Positions 49,002 through 60,378 of a DNA stretch of 64,000 nt are shown here, piece by piece. Within the stretch, counting starts at the first letter, position 1. Every line of letters starts with the position of its first letter. Under the pieces are notes generated by a model that saw nothing but the letters and a program-made list of their open reading frames with translations, was not told the DNA's origin and ran no database searches. Source of the DNA: Verrucomicrobiota bacterium (GTDB lineage Bacteria > Verrucomicrobiota > Verrucomicrobiia > Limisphaerales > JADLHS01). A program made the translations under genes and the position numbers. Location of the stretch: NCBI GenBank assembly GCA_037044975.1, contig JBAOIL010000025.1, positions 502 to 64,501 of the forward strand, in the 5' to 3' direction.

Positions 49002-50211
49002 TCAGTACACCGGCTCGCTGCCGTCCAGCATCTTCACCTTGTTGTGCATGAAGTATTCCTTGGTCAGCGCCTTCATGATTTTCGGAAGTTGATCGTACAG
49101 GCGTTTCAGCTTGCGCGGCTTGTGTTTCGCCAGCGCGTAATGGGTGAAAATGGGCATGGCGATGGTCGTGTCCGTGTAGCAGACGACGGCATCGGGGAGC
49201 TTCGTCGGGATCCACTTTACCCCAGCTCACGGCTTCGCTGGGCGTCGCGCCGGAGAGGCCGCCGGTATCGGGTCGCGCATCGGTGACTTGAATGAAGAAG
49301 TCCTGGCCGAATTCCTTGATGCGGAGCACCTCCTGGATCTGCGGTTCGGTCTGGAGCGTGAAGTTCTTGGGACTGCCACCGCCCCAGAGCACCACGCCGC
49401 TCCTGCCACCGGCGCGCTTCGCGGCGAGAACGATGCCGGTGGTTTCGTTCACGTCAATCGAAGGATTCATGCGCAGCTTGCTGCCGCGCAACTCCACGCC
49501 GGCCACGTTCATGCCGATGGTCGAGTCGCCCGGCGAACTGGTGTAGCACGGCACGCCCGCCCGATAGGCGGCCGCCATCACGGACACGTCTTTGAGCTTG
49601 TTCTTGCGTTCCCATTCCGCGGCGTATTTGCCGATGAGATAGTGCAATTCCGCCGTGCCCATCTCCTTTTGAAATTCCGGCTGCATGAACATCTCGCGGA
49701 GCAAATCATCCGTGGCCATGAGGCCGTCAGAATAGGGAATGACCACGTCGTAGATGCGGACGAGGTCGTTGTCGCGCAGATCGGTGTCGTCAAACTTGAA
49801 GCTGCCGGAGTGCACCGGGTAATTCAGGGCGAAATGCAGATCGTGATAAAGGTTCGCGCCGGTGGAGACGATCCAGTCCACGAAGCCGGCCTTGATGAGC
49901 GGGATGATGCTGGAACAACCGAGGCCGGCGGGCGTGAGCGCGCCGGAGATGCTCATGCCGATGGTCACATCGGGCTCAAGCATGCGGTTCGAGAAGAGTT
50001 GGCAGGCTTCCTTGAGGCGCGCGGAATTGTAGGCGAGGAACACTTCGTCCACCAGGTAGGTGAGTTTCTCCTTGCCGGTCAGGTTCTTGGGCTGGATGCG
50101 TTTGCCCGCCATGTATTTCTTTTTGTGCGGGCAGTTCTTCTCCTTCATCCATTCCGGCATTTCGGCAACAGCTTCGCGGTTGTGAATTTTGTAGCGTTCG
50201 GTTCGGGCCAT
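49002..50211 (-). pseudogene. deoxyhypusine-synthase-family protein with one frame break near 49200
   Basis: STGANLYHD and GGGSPKNF are in the main ORF. After ...[11 protein letters not shown] the conserved tail [21 protein letters not shown]...MLDGSEPVY* is in another frame and stops at 49002. Confidence 0.75.
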
Positions 50212-50440
50212 AATTTTGTTAGTAAAAAGTTCGTTGAAACGATACGAAGCTTTGCCCGGTTGCCAATCCTTAATTCAAACCCCGCGAACACAATCGGCGG
50301 GCTTTGAGTTTCCAAGCCGGGCCAAAAATTCCTTTACACCTTCCGCTACGGCGTGATTAAGTCCCCACAGAGTCGTTGCAAACGTCCGGTTTGGGGCGGG
50401 TCAGAGCGGTTAACGCTGACGCCCATCCGGAAACAACCGC

Positions 50441-51355
50441 ATGCCTATGAACCCACATCCAACCCCCCGCCGTATGTTTCTCAAGCAAACTGCCGTGCTG
50501 TCCGCCGGCCTCAGCCTGACGCCCGGTTTGACCGCGGCCCCCGCCGCGGCGAAGCCGCCGCCGTTCAAGATTTCGCTCGCCGAATGGTCGCTGCACAAAG
50601 CCCTTTTCGAGAAGAAGCTCGACCACCTCGACTTCCCCAAAGCCGCGCGGCAGGACTACGGCATTGAAGCCATCGAATTGGTCAACCAATTCTTCAAGGA
50701 CAAGGCGAAGAACAAAGCCTACCTCGCTGATTTCAAGCAGCGCGCCGAGGGCGAAGGCGTGAAGATTCTCCTCATCATGTGCGACGACGAGGGTCATCTG
50801 GGCGATGCGGACGAAACGAAGCGTCTTCAGGCCGTCGAGAACCATTACCAATGGGCCGAAGCCGCGAAATTCTTTGGCTGCCATTCCATCCGCGTGAACG
50901 CCTACTCCACCGGCACCCCGGACGAGCAGCGCGATCGGGCGGCGGACGGCTTGCGGCGCCTCGCCGAATTCGGCGAACCGCTGGGCCTCAACGTCATCGT
51001 TGAAAACCACGGCGGCAATTCCTCCCGCGGCGACTGGCTGACCTCGGTGATCAAGCAGGTCAACCGGCCCAACTGCGGCATCCTGCCCGACTTCGGCAAC
51101 TTTCAAGACTACGATCGCTATCAGGCGGTCGCGGAAATGATGCCCTTCGCCAAGGCGGTCAGCGCCAAAACGAATGACTTCGACGCGCAGGGCAACTGCG
51201 TCGAAACCGATTATCACCGCATGCTGAAAATCGTTCTGGCCGCCGGCTATCACGGCTACCTGGGCATCGAATACGAGGGTGAGAAGCTCAGTGAACCGGA
51301 AGGCATCCGGGCCACCAAGAAGTTGCTGGAAAAAGTCCGGGCCGAACTAGCGTAG
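50441..51355 (+). CDS. Tat-exported sugar-phosphate isomerase/epimerase (xylose-isomerase-like TIM barrel)
   Basis: Twin-arginine signal [17 protein letters not shown] followed by a TIM-barrel family 2-like sequence. Confidence 0.75.
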   Translation: MPMNPHPTPRRMFLKQTAVLSAGLSLTPGLTAAPAAAKPPPFKISLAEWSLHKALFEKKLDHLDFPKAARQDYGIEAIELVNQFFKDKAKNKAYLADFKQRAEGEGVKILLIMCDDEGHLGDADETKRLQAVENHYQWAEAAKFFGCHSIRVNAYSTGTPDEQRDRAADGLRRLAEFGEPLGLNVIVENHGGNSSRGDWLTSVIKQVNRPNCGILPDFGNFQDYDRYQAVAEMMPFAKAVSAKTNDFDAQGNCVETDYHRMLKIVLAAGYHGYLGIEYEGEKLSEPEGIRATKKLLEKVRAELA

Positions 51356-51444
51356 GCGGACCCCGTCCGGCCAATCAATTTGGCCCGCTCGCTTTCGCTC
51401 AGCTTGCGGCTTGCCCAAGGACGGCCAGGAACTAGATTGCCACC

Positions 51445-54400
51445 GTGTTCAACCCGTTGATTTGCCGTGGCCGCCGGTATTACTGGACCGGTCTGCTCTG
51501 GGCAATTGCTGTTTTCCCGGCGGTTGCGGGCACTAATTCGGCCTGGTTTGCCCGGTCCTGGCAGACGGAGGACGGCTTGCCCGAGCACACCATTGTGGGT
51601 TTGGAACAAACCCCGGATGGTTACTTGTGGGTCGCCACACACCGCGGCTTGTCCCGTTTTGATGGCGTGCGGTTTCAGGAATTCTCCCCCGCGACGCCGG
51701 CCAGTCCCACGACCGATCAAATCCGCGCCATGCTGCTTGACCGGCGCGGGCGGTTATGGCTCGCCCGGGATGGCGGTGCGGTCGTCTGTGTGGAAGCGGG
51801 CAACATCACGCAGGTTTTTGCGTTGCCGGAAACTTCGCCGGGAGCGCCCGCCCGGGCGATGGCGGAAGACGCGCAGGGGAACATTTGGATCAGCGACAGC
51901 ACGGGGGCTGTTTCCCGGATTCAGGAGGGGAAAGTGCAGGGCTTTGGAACGACCGAAGGACTGGCAGGCCACGGCATCTGTTGGCTGGCGACCGACACCC
52001 AGGGCCAGTTTTGGTTTTCTCAAGCTGGCCGCGTGGGAATATTCAGGAACGGCGGTTTTGTGACGTTGCTCCAGGTGGGGCCGCAAACGGCCCGGATGGC
52101 ACCGGCGCGCGAACGTGGCCTCTGGCTCGCCGTCGGCTTGAAATTGTTTCGCTACCAAGCGGGGGGTGAATTGGCGGCCGTCACCGAACTGAAACTCGAA
52201 TCTGGCGGTCCCGAGGTGGCGGTGACCGCGTTGTATGAGGACAAGGCGCGGGGTTTGTGGATCGGCACTTCCTCGGGGGGGCTTTTTCGCTTTGATGCCC
52301 AAGGAATCCAAAGTGTCACCACCTCGCATCCCAACATCATAAATATTTCCGAGGACGCCGAAGGGAATCTCTGGGTGGGCACCCGGGGCGGCGGCCTCAA
52401 TCGGCTGAGCCCCCGGGCCGTGCAGCTTCAGGGAGTGGCCTCCGGCCTGCCGTTCGCGGCCGTCCAATCCGCCGGTGAAGACGCCGCGGGAACCCTCTGG
52501 GTCGCGGGCCAAAACGGAGCCTTGGCGTGCCGAAGTCAGGGCCAGTGGAGTCTCGTCTCCAGCAATTCAGATTGGCGCGGCGGCGCCGCGGTCTGCGTGG
52601 CCGTCGAGGCCGACGGTGGCGTGCTCATCGGCACCCGGGACAAAGGCGTTTTCCGCCATCGGAACGGGGTCATGGCTCCGCTGGCGTTGAATCAACAATT
52701 GACGAACCTTGCCATCCGTTCGCTTTACCCCAGCGCCACCGGCGAGCTGTGGGTCGGCGTCAATTCCGCCGTGGCGCGCTATCAATTGCGGGACGGCCGC
52801 CTGAAACACTTCCCGTTGCCCGCCGGCGTCAGTGATGTTCGAACCATCGTCCAGGATGCCAACCGCGATGTCTGGCTGGGCACCACCTCCGACGGGATGC
52901 TGCTGCGGATTCACGGCGAGACGTTGATCAATGAGACCACCAACATCATGCAGTCGCCCCGCCACATTCGGTGTCTGCAAGTCACCAGCGATGGGAGTCT
53001 CTGGTTCGGCTACGCCGGACAAGGGCTGGGCTGGCTTAAAAACGGACGCTTTGTTCAATTCCGCGCGAGTCAGGGTTTGTGGGACGATTACGTTTCCCAA
53101 ATCCTTCCCGATGACCGGGGCCGGCTGTGGATTGCCGGCAATCGGGGAATTTTTCAGGTGGCGCGATCGGAGTTGGAAGCCGTGGCTGCGGGCCGTGCGG
53201 CGCGGGTGCGGTCGGTGGTCTTCGGGCGGGAGGAAGGGGTGCCCAATTTGCAGGCGACCTTCGGGATTTCGCCTGCCGCCGCGCCAACCCGGGATGGCCG
53301 CCTGTTGCTGCCCATGCTGACCGGGTTGGCAATCATCGAACCCCAGGTGCGGCGGAATAATCCGCTGCCGCCACCGGTCATCGTCGAGCGCATGACGGTC
53401 AATGGGCGGATGGTCGCCGCCTACGATATGGTTGGAGAAAACGGTGACGCGCAGGAGCCGGGTCCGGTCAACTTGCGCGCGTTGCCGGCCCCCGTGCGCG
53501 TCGGCTCCGGAGTTGAAGAACTGGACTTTGAATTCACGGCGGTGAGCCTGGCGGCGCGAAACAACGTGACGTTTCGTTATCAGCTTGAGGGGCTGGACAA
53601 GGATTGGGTGGATGCCGGCACCGTGCGGGTGGCGCGATATCCCAAGGTTCCGCCAGGGGATTATCGCTTCCGCGTGACCGCCTGCAACCACGATGGCATT
53701 TGGAACGACACCGGGGCGGCGGTGGCGCTGACGGTGGAACCAAGGCTCTGGGAAAGGACGTGGTTCCGCGTGACGATCTTGGTCGCCAGTTTTTGTCTCT
53801 TCGGCGGCGGGCTCCTGCTGACGGTGCGGCGGCGCTATCGGCACAAGCTCGAACGGCTCGAACAGCAACAAGCCCTGGAGCGCGAGCGGACCCGCATTGC
53901 GCAGGACCTGCATGACGACCTGGGGGCGGGACTCGTCGAGATCAATTTTGGCAGCGAACTGGCCCAGGATCCGGCGCTCGGCACGGACGAAGTACGGGAA
54001 CACACCCGTGAAATCGGCGCGCGGGCGCGCGAGATGGTGACCGCGCTGGACGAAATTGTCTGGGCGGTTAATCCCAAGCACGACAGCGTATCGTCGCTGG
54101 CCACCTATTTTTGCCAGTTTGCCCAGCATTTTCTGAAGGCGACCGCCGTGCGTTGCCATCTCGAGGTGGCCCGGGACCTCCCGGCGGCGCCGCTGAATGC
54201 CGAACAACGCCATAGCTTGTTCCTCGCGTTCAAAGAGGCGCTGAGCAATGTCGTCCAGCATTCCGACGCGACGGATTTACGGCTGGCCATTGCCGCCCAC
54301 GACCGAACGCTCACGGTAACCGTAAGCGACAATGGTCGCGGCTTGACGCCCGGCCCCGCATCCGAACGCAACGGCGCCGACGGATTGGGCAATATGCAAC

Positions 54401-54513
54401 GCCGTTTGCAGCAACTCGGCGGTTGTTGCGAACTGACCAGCAGTCCGGAACAGGGCACCACGGTCGCTTTCCGCGTGCCGCTGCCGGCGGTCGGCCGGCC
54501 GCGGTCCGCATAA
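51445..54513 (+). CDS. sensor histidine kinase with periplasmic two-component-regulator propeller repeats (HisKA_3 type)
   Basis: 1022 aa from GTG. Repeated G..WIGT/LWVGT propeller motifs, a TM helix, the H-box RIAQDLHDDLGAGL and an HATPase region with GLGNMQRRL. Confidence 0.88.
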   Translation: MFNPLICRGRRYYWTGLLWAIAVFPAVAGTNSAWFARSWQTEDGLPEHTIVGLEQTPDGYLWVATHRGLSRFDGVRFQEFSPATPASPTTDQIRAMLLDRRGRLWLARDGGAVVCVEAGNITQVFALPETSPGAPARAMAEDAQGNIWISDSTGAVSRIQEGKVQGFGTTEGLAGHGICWLATDTQGQFWFSQAGRVGIFRNGGFVTLLQVGPQTARMAPARERGLWLAVGLKLFRYQAGGELAAVTELKLESGGPEVAVTALYEDKARGLWIGTSSGGLFRFDAQGIQSVTTSHPNIINISEDAEGNLWVGTRGGGLNRLSPRAVQLQGVASGLPFAAVQSAGEDAAGTLWVAGQNGALACRSQGQWSLVSSNSDWRGGAAVCVAVEADGGVLIGTRDKGVFRHRNGVMAPLALNQQLTNLAIRSLYPSATGELWVGVNSAVARYQLRDGRLKHFPLPAGVSDVRTIVQDANRDVWLGTTSDGMLLRIHGETLINETTNIMQSPRHIRCLQVTSDGSLWFGYAGQGLGWLKNGRFVQFRASQGLWDDYVSQILPDDRGRLWIAGNRGIFQVARSELEAVAAGRAARVRSVVFGREEGVPNLQATFGISPAAAPTRDGRLLLPMLTGLAIIEPQVRRNNPLPPPVIVERMTVNGRMVAAYDMVGENGDAQEPGPVNLRALPAPVRVGSGVEELDFEFTAVSLAARNNVTFRYQLEGLDKDWVDAGTVRVARYPKVPPGDYRFRVTACNHDGIWNDTGAAVALTVEPRLWERTWFRVTILVASFCLFGGGLLLTVRRRYRHKLERLEQQQALERERTRIAQDLHDDLGAGLVEINFGSELAQDPALGTDEVREHTREIGARAREMVTALDEIVWAVNPKHDSVSSLATYFCQFAQHFLKATAVRCHLEVARDLPAAPLNAEQRHSLFLAFKEALSNVVQHSDATDLRLAIAAHDRTLTVTVSDNGRGLTPGPASERNGADGLGNMQRRLQQLGGCCELTSSPEQGTTVAFRVPLPAVGRPRSA

Positions 54514-54658
54514 CTCAATTGAGGTATTGTGAACTTAAACCAGCCAACGCACCGTGAACCGCGAGGTGGATTCAGTTCTCCGCCCGGCTGGCTTATCAAC
54601 TATGACCGCGGATACACCGGAAGGACCAGGGCTGCCGTTGCCGGCCCGGCAGGAGGTT

Positions 54659-55348
54659 ATGACCACGGTCGCCTTGGTTGAAGACAGCGCCCCGTTGCGC
54701 CGCAACCTCGAACGCATGTTGCGCCGGGCGCCCGGCGTCCGTTGCATTTGCTCCTGCGGCACGGCCGAAGCGGCGCTCGAACAAATTCCCCGCAGCCGAC
54801 CGGATGTGGTTTTGATGGACATCAACCTGCCGGGCGCGTCGGGCATTGAATGCACCGCCCGCCTCAAGTCGCAGTTGCCCGCCATGCAGGTCATCATGCT
54901 GACGGTGTACGAGGACACGGCGAGCATCTTCAGCGCCCTGAAGGCCGGGGCGTGTGGCTATCTGTTGAAACGCTCCTCGCCGGCCGAAATTCTGGAGGCG
55001 CTGACCACGGTGCAAACCGGTGGCGCGCCGATGACGAGCGAGATCGCCCGCAAGATTGTGATGACCTTTCAGTCCCCGGCGCCCGGCGCGGGGGAGGCGG
55101 CCACCCTGTCGCTGCGGGAACAGGAAATCCTGGATTTGCTGTCGCAGGGCAAGGTCAGCAAGGAGATCGCCGATCATCTGGCCATCAGTTACCACACGGT
55201 CCGTGTGCATACCAAACACATCTACGAGAAGCTGCATGTGCGTTCCCGCTCCGAGGCCGTATTGAAGTTCATGGCGGACAAGCGCGGATCGGTCAAACTT
55301 GCGCCTCCGGCGGAGCCAACCCCGCGCTCGCGCCAGCCGCCTGTCTGA
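54659..55348 (+). CDS. NarL/LuxR-family response regulator
   Basis: VALVEDS and DVVLMDINLPGASGIE receiver motifs; HTH LSLREQEILDLLSQGKVSKEIADHLAISYHTVRVH. ATG 54659 follows aggagg; ATG 54602 is an alternative start. Confidence 0.88.
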   Translation: MTTVALVEDSAPLRRNLERMLRRAPGVRCICSCGTAEAALEQIPRSRPDVVLMDINLPGASGIECTARLKSQLPAMQVIMLTVYEDTASIFSALKAGACGYLLKRSSPAEILEALTTVQTGGAPMTSEIARKIVMTFQSPAPGAGEAATLSLREQEILDLLSQGKVSKEIADHLAISYHTVRVHTKHIYEKLHVRSRSEAVLKFMADKRGSVKLAPPAEPTPRSRQPPV

Positions 55349-55354
55349 CTTAGC

Positions 55355-55582
55355 TCAAGGCGGCGGGTAAGGTGGTGGTGGCAGATGTCCCGACGAGGTG
55401 GCAATGGGTTCCGATGGATTGGGGGCAAACCCAGTTGATGGCAATCTGGAGCTTACCCCGGTGGCCACCGCGCTGCCGGCATCGGTGCAGAAATGCATGC
55501 CTGTGAAGAAGACGAAGCAGACCCCGACCAAGCCAAGCAACGCGTATTTCGCCAGGCGGAACAGCGGGGTGCTGGAACGCAT
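55355..55582 (-). CDS. hypothetical small membrane protein
   Basis: 75 aa from ATG 55582 with one TM helix and a Pro-rich tail. Confidence 0.3.
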   Translation of the reverse strand: MRSSTPLFRLAKYALLGLVGVCFVFFTGMHFCTDAGSAVATGVSSRLPSTGFAPNPSEPIATSSGHLPPPPYPPP

Positions 55583-55586
55583 ACAG

Positions 55587-56210
55587 TCAGGTTCGCCGTT
55601 TAGTCTCATGCTGTTGTCTTGCCTCCAGCTCGCGCTGCATTTGTGCAAGTGCGATCGTAGAATACGGAACGCTCCCGTCTCTCGCCCGGCCGATCTCTCG
55701 CCGCAGCAGGGCGATCTTCTCGGCGTTTGATTTGAGACAAGTCAATTCCGTTGCCAGCATGGCGTGGCAATGTTGCTCCGATCGCTGATGGCTGTCTGCG
55801 GGGCAGAAAAACACCAAGGCGGAGTGTTCGACGGCGGTCTTGGTGGACAGTCCGTCGGCGACAAAAACATAGCCAATGGACTTGTCGCACAGGTAGGACT
55901 CCGGACACGCGGAACTGACCGTAGAAAGCCAGCCGGCGGGCCACTCCTCTGCATGCCCCATCTTTGCAAACGCGTTCCGTGCGTCGCCTTCCGAAGGGAA
56001 ACGCTCCTTCTCTGCCATGAGTGCCATGACCAGGAACTTCAGTTGGATGGCGTGGTTGGCACAACTGCTCATCATGTGGCGGTCGTGGCGATGTCTCGTG
56101 AACCGGACGCAAAAGGGGACCGCCACAATTGCGGCAACGCCGACAACTATCATCGCAACCCTGAAACTCTTTTTGCGGAGAATGGCTTTCACTGGCGCAA
56201 AGGAGATCAA
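55587..56210 (-). CDS. hypothetical membrane-anchored protein
   Basis: 207-aa ORF (TTG start; ATG alternative at 56153); N-terminal TM helix and a Cys/His-rich ectodomain. Confidence 0.5.
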   Translation of the reverse strand: MISFAPVKAILRKKSFRVAMIVVGVAAIVAVPFCVRFTRHRHDRHMMSSCANHAIQLKFLVMALMAEKERFPSEGDARNAFAKMGHAEEWPAGWLSTVSSACPESYLCDKSIGYVFVADGLSTKTAVEHSALVFFCPADSHQRSEQHCHAMLATELTCLKSNAEKIALLRREIGRARDGSVPYSTIALAQMQRELEARQQHETKRRT

Positions 56211-56316
56211 CGCTCAACGGCCGCCGCTGCCGAGCAGGGCTGTGCGTGTTGATTGTGGCCGTCTCGCGGCGGCGTTGGGAGCGCAATCCTCGCGGCGCAA
56301 TTTTCAACTCGCGTCC

Positions 56317-56919
56317 TCACAGCTTTGGTATGGTCAATTGCATCCCACCATAAATGACGTTTGGATTCTTGATGAGCTTCCGATTAGCCTCGTAAATCCG
56401 TCTCCATTTGGTGGCGTCGCCATAGAAAAGGCGCGCAATGCCGGAGAGCGTGTTTCCATCATCCAGCATGCTCACCGTGTAAACAACCGGCCGGGGTGCG
56501 CCCACAATCTCCCGCCGTAAATCCTCGTCCAACTGGCTTACCACCTTGGCCACATTCGTTTGTGCAGCATCCGTCACTTCGTAAACCCCCTCGGGCAAAT
56601 AGACGAGCCCGCCCTCGAAACTCACGCCGATCCGATACACGCTGCCGTTGGTGAGGGTGAGACTCAGCGAATGACGCTCGGGGGGTAGCAGAACGCAGAC
56701 AGTTCCAGGCGGAAGCTGACGCTTCTGAATCTGCTGGCCGCCTTCCAATGCGGAGAGCAGGGCGTCGCCTCGCGCTCGGAGAATCTGCCTGGACTTGAAC
56801 ACCGGTTGCTCACGTTCGTATCGAACAACCTCATTCGTGCGGGGGATGCCTGGCGATGCTCCGAATGCGGAAACCACTCCAAGCAGCGCGACCAGAAGGA
56901 AGGTGAACGATATGCGCAT
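56317..56919 (-). CDS. secreted LysM-domain protein
   Basis: Signal peptide; C-terminal LysM YTVSMLDDGNTLSGIARLFYGDATKWRRIYEANR...LTIP. Confidence 0.8.
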   Translation of the reverse strand: MRISFTFLLVALLGVVSAFGASPGIPRTNEVVRYEREQPVFKSRQILRARGDALLSALEGGQQIQKRQLPPGTVCVLLPPERHSLSLTLTNGSVYRIGVSFEGGLVYLPEGVYEVTDAAQTNVAKVVSQLDEDLRREIVGAPRPVVYTVSMLDDGNTLSGIARLFYGDATKWRRIYEANRKLIKNPNVIYGGMQLTIPKL

Positions 56920-57060
56920 GGCGATACGGGCTAACGCCCAGCAACTTCCGCCGGCGATCAGTGTTCAGGGTGAAGGGCGCGACCAACTTGCCGCCCCGCC
57001 CCGGGCGGAGACCACGCTCCACGTAGCGAAGTTTTCATTTCGCGATCCATGTTTGTTCGT

Positions 57061-57354
57061 TCATTTCTTTTGGTTGTGCTCGCTGGCCCACGGTCCAAGA
57101 CACCAGAGCCACAGGACATATACCAGAACGGGAGGCAAAAGGGTACAGGCAAAAATCATTCCCAACGAGAACCCGCCCGTGCGCAAAATGACGGCGGAGA
57201 TAATACCTCCAACGATCAAGCAGCTAAGGGCGCAATAATGAACGAGCCTCGGAATCCGGCAGCCACCGCGCACCCAATCGACCATGCACCACACCCAGGC
57301 GGCGAAGAGCAGCACGCCGAACAGAACCTCCGCGATGTGCCAAAGTGTGATCAT
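57061..57354 (-). CDS. hypothetical small integral membrane protein
   Basis: 97 aa with three hydrophobic helices. Confidence 0.5.
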   Translation of the reverse strand: MITLWHIAEVLFGVLLFAAWVWCMVDWVRGGCRIPRLVHYCALSCLIVGGIISAVILRTGGFSLGMIFACTLLPPVLVYVLWLWCLGPWASEHNQKK

Positions 57355-57516
57355 TTAGCTGGACGACCACGCGCAACCGCCAGGGCTGGCAAGCGGGGTT
57401 GGCCGACGACGCAACGATTGCCACCGCGACGCTCGCGCCGAGTTTAGATACAGCGCATGAGGCATCATTTTGTCTGCTTCCGGTAAACAGGCTGGTTCGT
57501 TGGGTAGGCGGCATCT

Positions 57517-57927
57517 TCATTTCAAATCGCTCAAAATACGGGACGCCTTTTGGCTTGCTTGAATCAGTGACTCTGCTCCCTCCTTGTCGGCATCTCGAAT
57601 AACAGCCTCCCGCTGGCGTGGGTGTGCCTCTCGATAGGCTTTGAGAGATCGCAACGTGCCTAAAGCCGCCTCACGCTCCGGGCCTGAAAGATTCGTCAAA
57701 GAATGGTCAATCATAATGACGGACGTATCTATCTGCACCTCCAAAAGCTCCAGCGCATTGGTGAGGCGTCCGTCGCGCAACTCGGTCAGAACAATCTTGG
57801 ACGCCAATGCGTCCGCTTGCGCATGAAGAAGAATGTCACGTCGGGGATCGCGTTGGGAAATATCCGACCTGCGTGAGCAGCCGACAAGAACCATCAGCAG
57901 AAGCAATATAGTGACGAGGTAGCGCAT
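57517..57927 (-). CDS. hypothetical lipoprotein
   Basis: 136 aa from ATG 57927 with lipobox LVGC. Confidence 0.55.
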   Translation of the reverse strand: MRYLVTILLLLMVLVGCSRRSDISQRDPRRDILLHAQADALASKIVLTELRDGRLTNALELLEVQIDTSVIMIDHSLTNLSGPEREAALGTLRSLKAYREAHPRQREAVIRDADKEGAESLIQASQKASRILSDLK

Positions 57928-58308
57928 AAACGTGTGATGCTGTCTAGACAGAATGGGCACTCGCCGTCATAAAGCAATTTGAAGCGCCATGTGTTCATAG
58001 TGCCTGCAAACATAGGACGCGCCGATCTCACCACCAAGACCTGATTTTCACATTCACCGCGCTGGAACTGAAAGCGTCAAAGTCGTTTGGCACTGGCCGC
58101 ATCAGCATCATAGCACTATCTCCAATACTGCTGTAACAAAGCTTTCCCGAGAAATACCAATCCGACGCATAAAGCGAGAAAACCAAGCCAAAGCAACACA
58201 CGAGCAACCCTGGCTCGGTCAAACGCAAGCCGTTCGCCGGACTTGGTATCTGCCGAATCTGGTCGTAGGTCTGGTTTCATTTGTAGGTTTCCATCAAGGC
58301 ATGGAATT

Positions 58309-58677
58309 TCAAGTCTTCGGGTTCAAGCGTTTGGAAACAAAATCCCAAACCTGCCGCCACCACCGGCCCCAACCTGGAAACCACAGGCGTTTCGGGCCGC
58401 GACGGGTCCGGTCCGGCTTGTGAAGGACGGCGGGATCGTAGAACTCGGCCGTCTGATTGTCCGGGGTCAACGCCTCGGCGGCGGGTTTGCCATAAATTCC
58501 GCCCAGACTTTCGCCCGCGTCGTGCGCCGCTTGATCGAGTTCCTTCGCCACGAAGCCCGAATGCCGGAGGAACTCGGAAATCCCTTTACCCAGCCCGCGT
58601 ATCAACTCCGGAAGTTTCCTGGCTCCGAAGAGGATCAGGATGACGGTGACAATCAAGCCGATCTCCCATCCGCCCAT
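58309..58677 (-). CDS. tatA: Sec-independent translocase component TatA/E
   Basis: MGGWEIGLIVTVILILFGARKLPELIRGLGKGISEF; in-frame upstream ATGs exist up to 58725. Confidence 0.8.
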   Translation of the reverse strand: MGGWEIGLIVTVILILFGARKLPELIRGLGKGISEFLRHSGFVAKELDQAAHDAGESLGGIYGKPAAEALTPDNQTAEFYDPAVLHKPDRTRRGPKRLWFPGWGRWWRQVWDFVSKRLNPKT

Positions 58678-58840
58678 GATGTCGGCGAGCATCGAAGGAT
58701 TTGTTAGCAATGCGAGCATGGTCATTCAGCTTCGGTGCGGTGAGTGCCGCCAACGAATGCGGTTCGACATTCTTGATCTTGGCGTCTGACGCTTAGCCAT
58801 GTAGGTATCGCCGGATTCACAGCATCTGGTTTGTTCGGCA

Positions 58841-59269
58841 TCATCTCTGTCTCCGCCAAGTCCCTTGCACATCGGGACGCTCTTCAGACTGCAGAACCAA
58901 TTCTCGATCGTCCAGCCGGACTATGCGTGTCCGCTCGACGTATGGTAGTCGGGCGTTGGTATCGCTGTGGCTCGTCGTAGTATCGGTCAGAACCCCGCCC
59001 CGGAACAGGCTTGTCCCCGACTCGCTGTCCCTCCGCGTTTCATTGGACTTCACAGTTGTCATCTCCGCGACGTAACTGCCATCCGCCGCAATAGTGAGGA
59101 CGTCTCTGCGTTCGCCGTCGATATTCGTTCTCTCCATTACCCAAGTACCCACAAGTTTCGCCTGTATCTCCGCGTCACCCTCCACCGGGGATGCGTGGCG
59201 CTGGCTACAAGCTGTCAGCAGCAGAATCAGCGTGAATAAGGAAAGCGTAAATTTCTCAGGTGAGCGCAT
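58841..59269 (-). CDS. hypothetical lipoprotein
   Basis: 142 aa from ATG 59269 with lipobox LTAC. Confidence 0.55.
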   Translation of the reverse strand: MRSPEKFTLSLFTLILLLTACSQRHASPVEGDAEIQAKLVGTWVMERTNIDGERRDVLTIAADGSYVAEMTTVKSNETRRDSESGTSLFRGGVLTDTTTSHSDTNARLPYVERTRIVRLDDRELVLQSEERPDVQGTWRRQR

Positions 59270-59383
59270 GATGGCTAACTTGAAGCAATGTATCCCGCAG
59301 GCGGCCGCGAGCAAGCGTCGCTTTGGATGGGATGTGGCGCTGTAGCCAGTTTGTGCGGCATTCCATTCAATACGGTCAAGGCA

Positions 59384-60073
59384 CTACGCATAATACACAA
59401 ATCTTCGCCATTTGACCTCCCAGTGATCTCCGACGAATGCCAAAAAAGCAGTCATACAAGCGCCATGCTCCGATGGTCCTATCCAGGCGTGAACCAGCGC
59501 CCGCGCTCCATCTGAGGAATAGCCAGGCAAATAGGCCGCAAACCACCCTTTAGCTTTTGGATGCGCGTTTTCAAAGGCCCGGCGTGAGCCGAGGCCAGCC
59601 GGCATGCCGGACACCTCGGCCATGACCACGCGCCGGTCCAAAATCCAGTGCTGAAATGACGGCTGATCGTGCCCTTTGGGACGGGGATTTCGTCGTGTCA
59701 AATCGGAACGCGTATCTTCCGAAACAAATCCCGCTGGCGCGCTGTCTCCCAGCCAGTCCTCGCTCGCAAGTTCGAATGAAATACCGCCAAGCTTGCGACA
59801 GTGCAGGACGACGTTCAATTCTCGCGCGTCCGCTGAACCAGAGACACTGGTCATGGTCATTCGAAACTCCGGATCCCTCAGCAGATATACCCCCAGGCAC
59901 TCCAGCACTTGTCGGTCCCGCTCATCGCCTGCTGGTGAAGGTTGCGTTTGGGTCGTGCTGGTGGTCCTCGCAGATTTTTGAGCCCCGTGAGGGGCGAAAG
60001 CTGGGGTAGTAGCACAGCCGCTCACGACCGCTACAAAGACGAGATTACCGAGAACTGTGAGTTGCGCGCGCAT
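59384..60073 (-). CDS. hypothetical lipoprotein
   Basis: 229 aa from ATG 60073 with lipobox VSGC. Confidence 0.55.
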   Translation of the reverse strand: MRAQLTVLGNLVFVAVVSGCATTPAFAPHGAQKSARTTSTTQTQPSPAGDERDRQVLECLGVYLLRDPEFRMTMTSVSGSADARELNVVLHCRKLGGISFELASEDWLGDSAPAGFVSEDTRSDLTRRNPRPKGHDQPSFQHWILDRRVVMAEVSGMPAGLGSRRAFENAHPKAKGWFAAYLPGYSSDGARALVHAWIGPSEHGACMTAFLAFVGDHWEVKWRRFVYYA

Positions 60074-60378
60074 CGCCGAACGAAAGAGTTCAGCGATGCG
60101 CGCCGCCCAGTGGCGTACCGTTTGCAACCGCAGGGTTGTCGGCGCCGTGACCGCTGCAACGATTTGGTTCAACTGCGCATGATGCCAGACGGGTTATTCT
60201 TCCACAAAACCGGTCAAAGCCATTCCGTGGAAACCGACGCAGCGCGCCGAGGCTGTTCGGTCCAACGCATGTTGACCGCGCCTCGGCGCGCTGCGTCGCA
60301 GGCTATTCTCACGGAGTGGTTTTGGCCAGCCTAAGATTTCTTGCCCCCTCTTGCTCATGAACTTAGCGCAGATGAACT

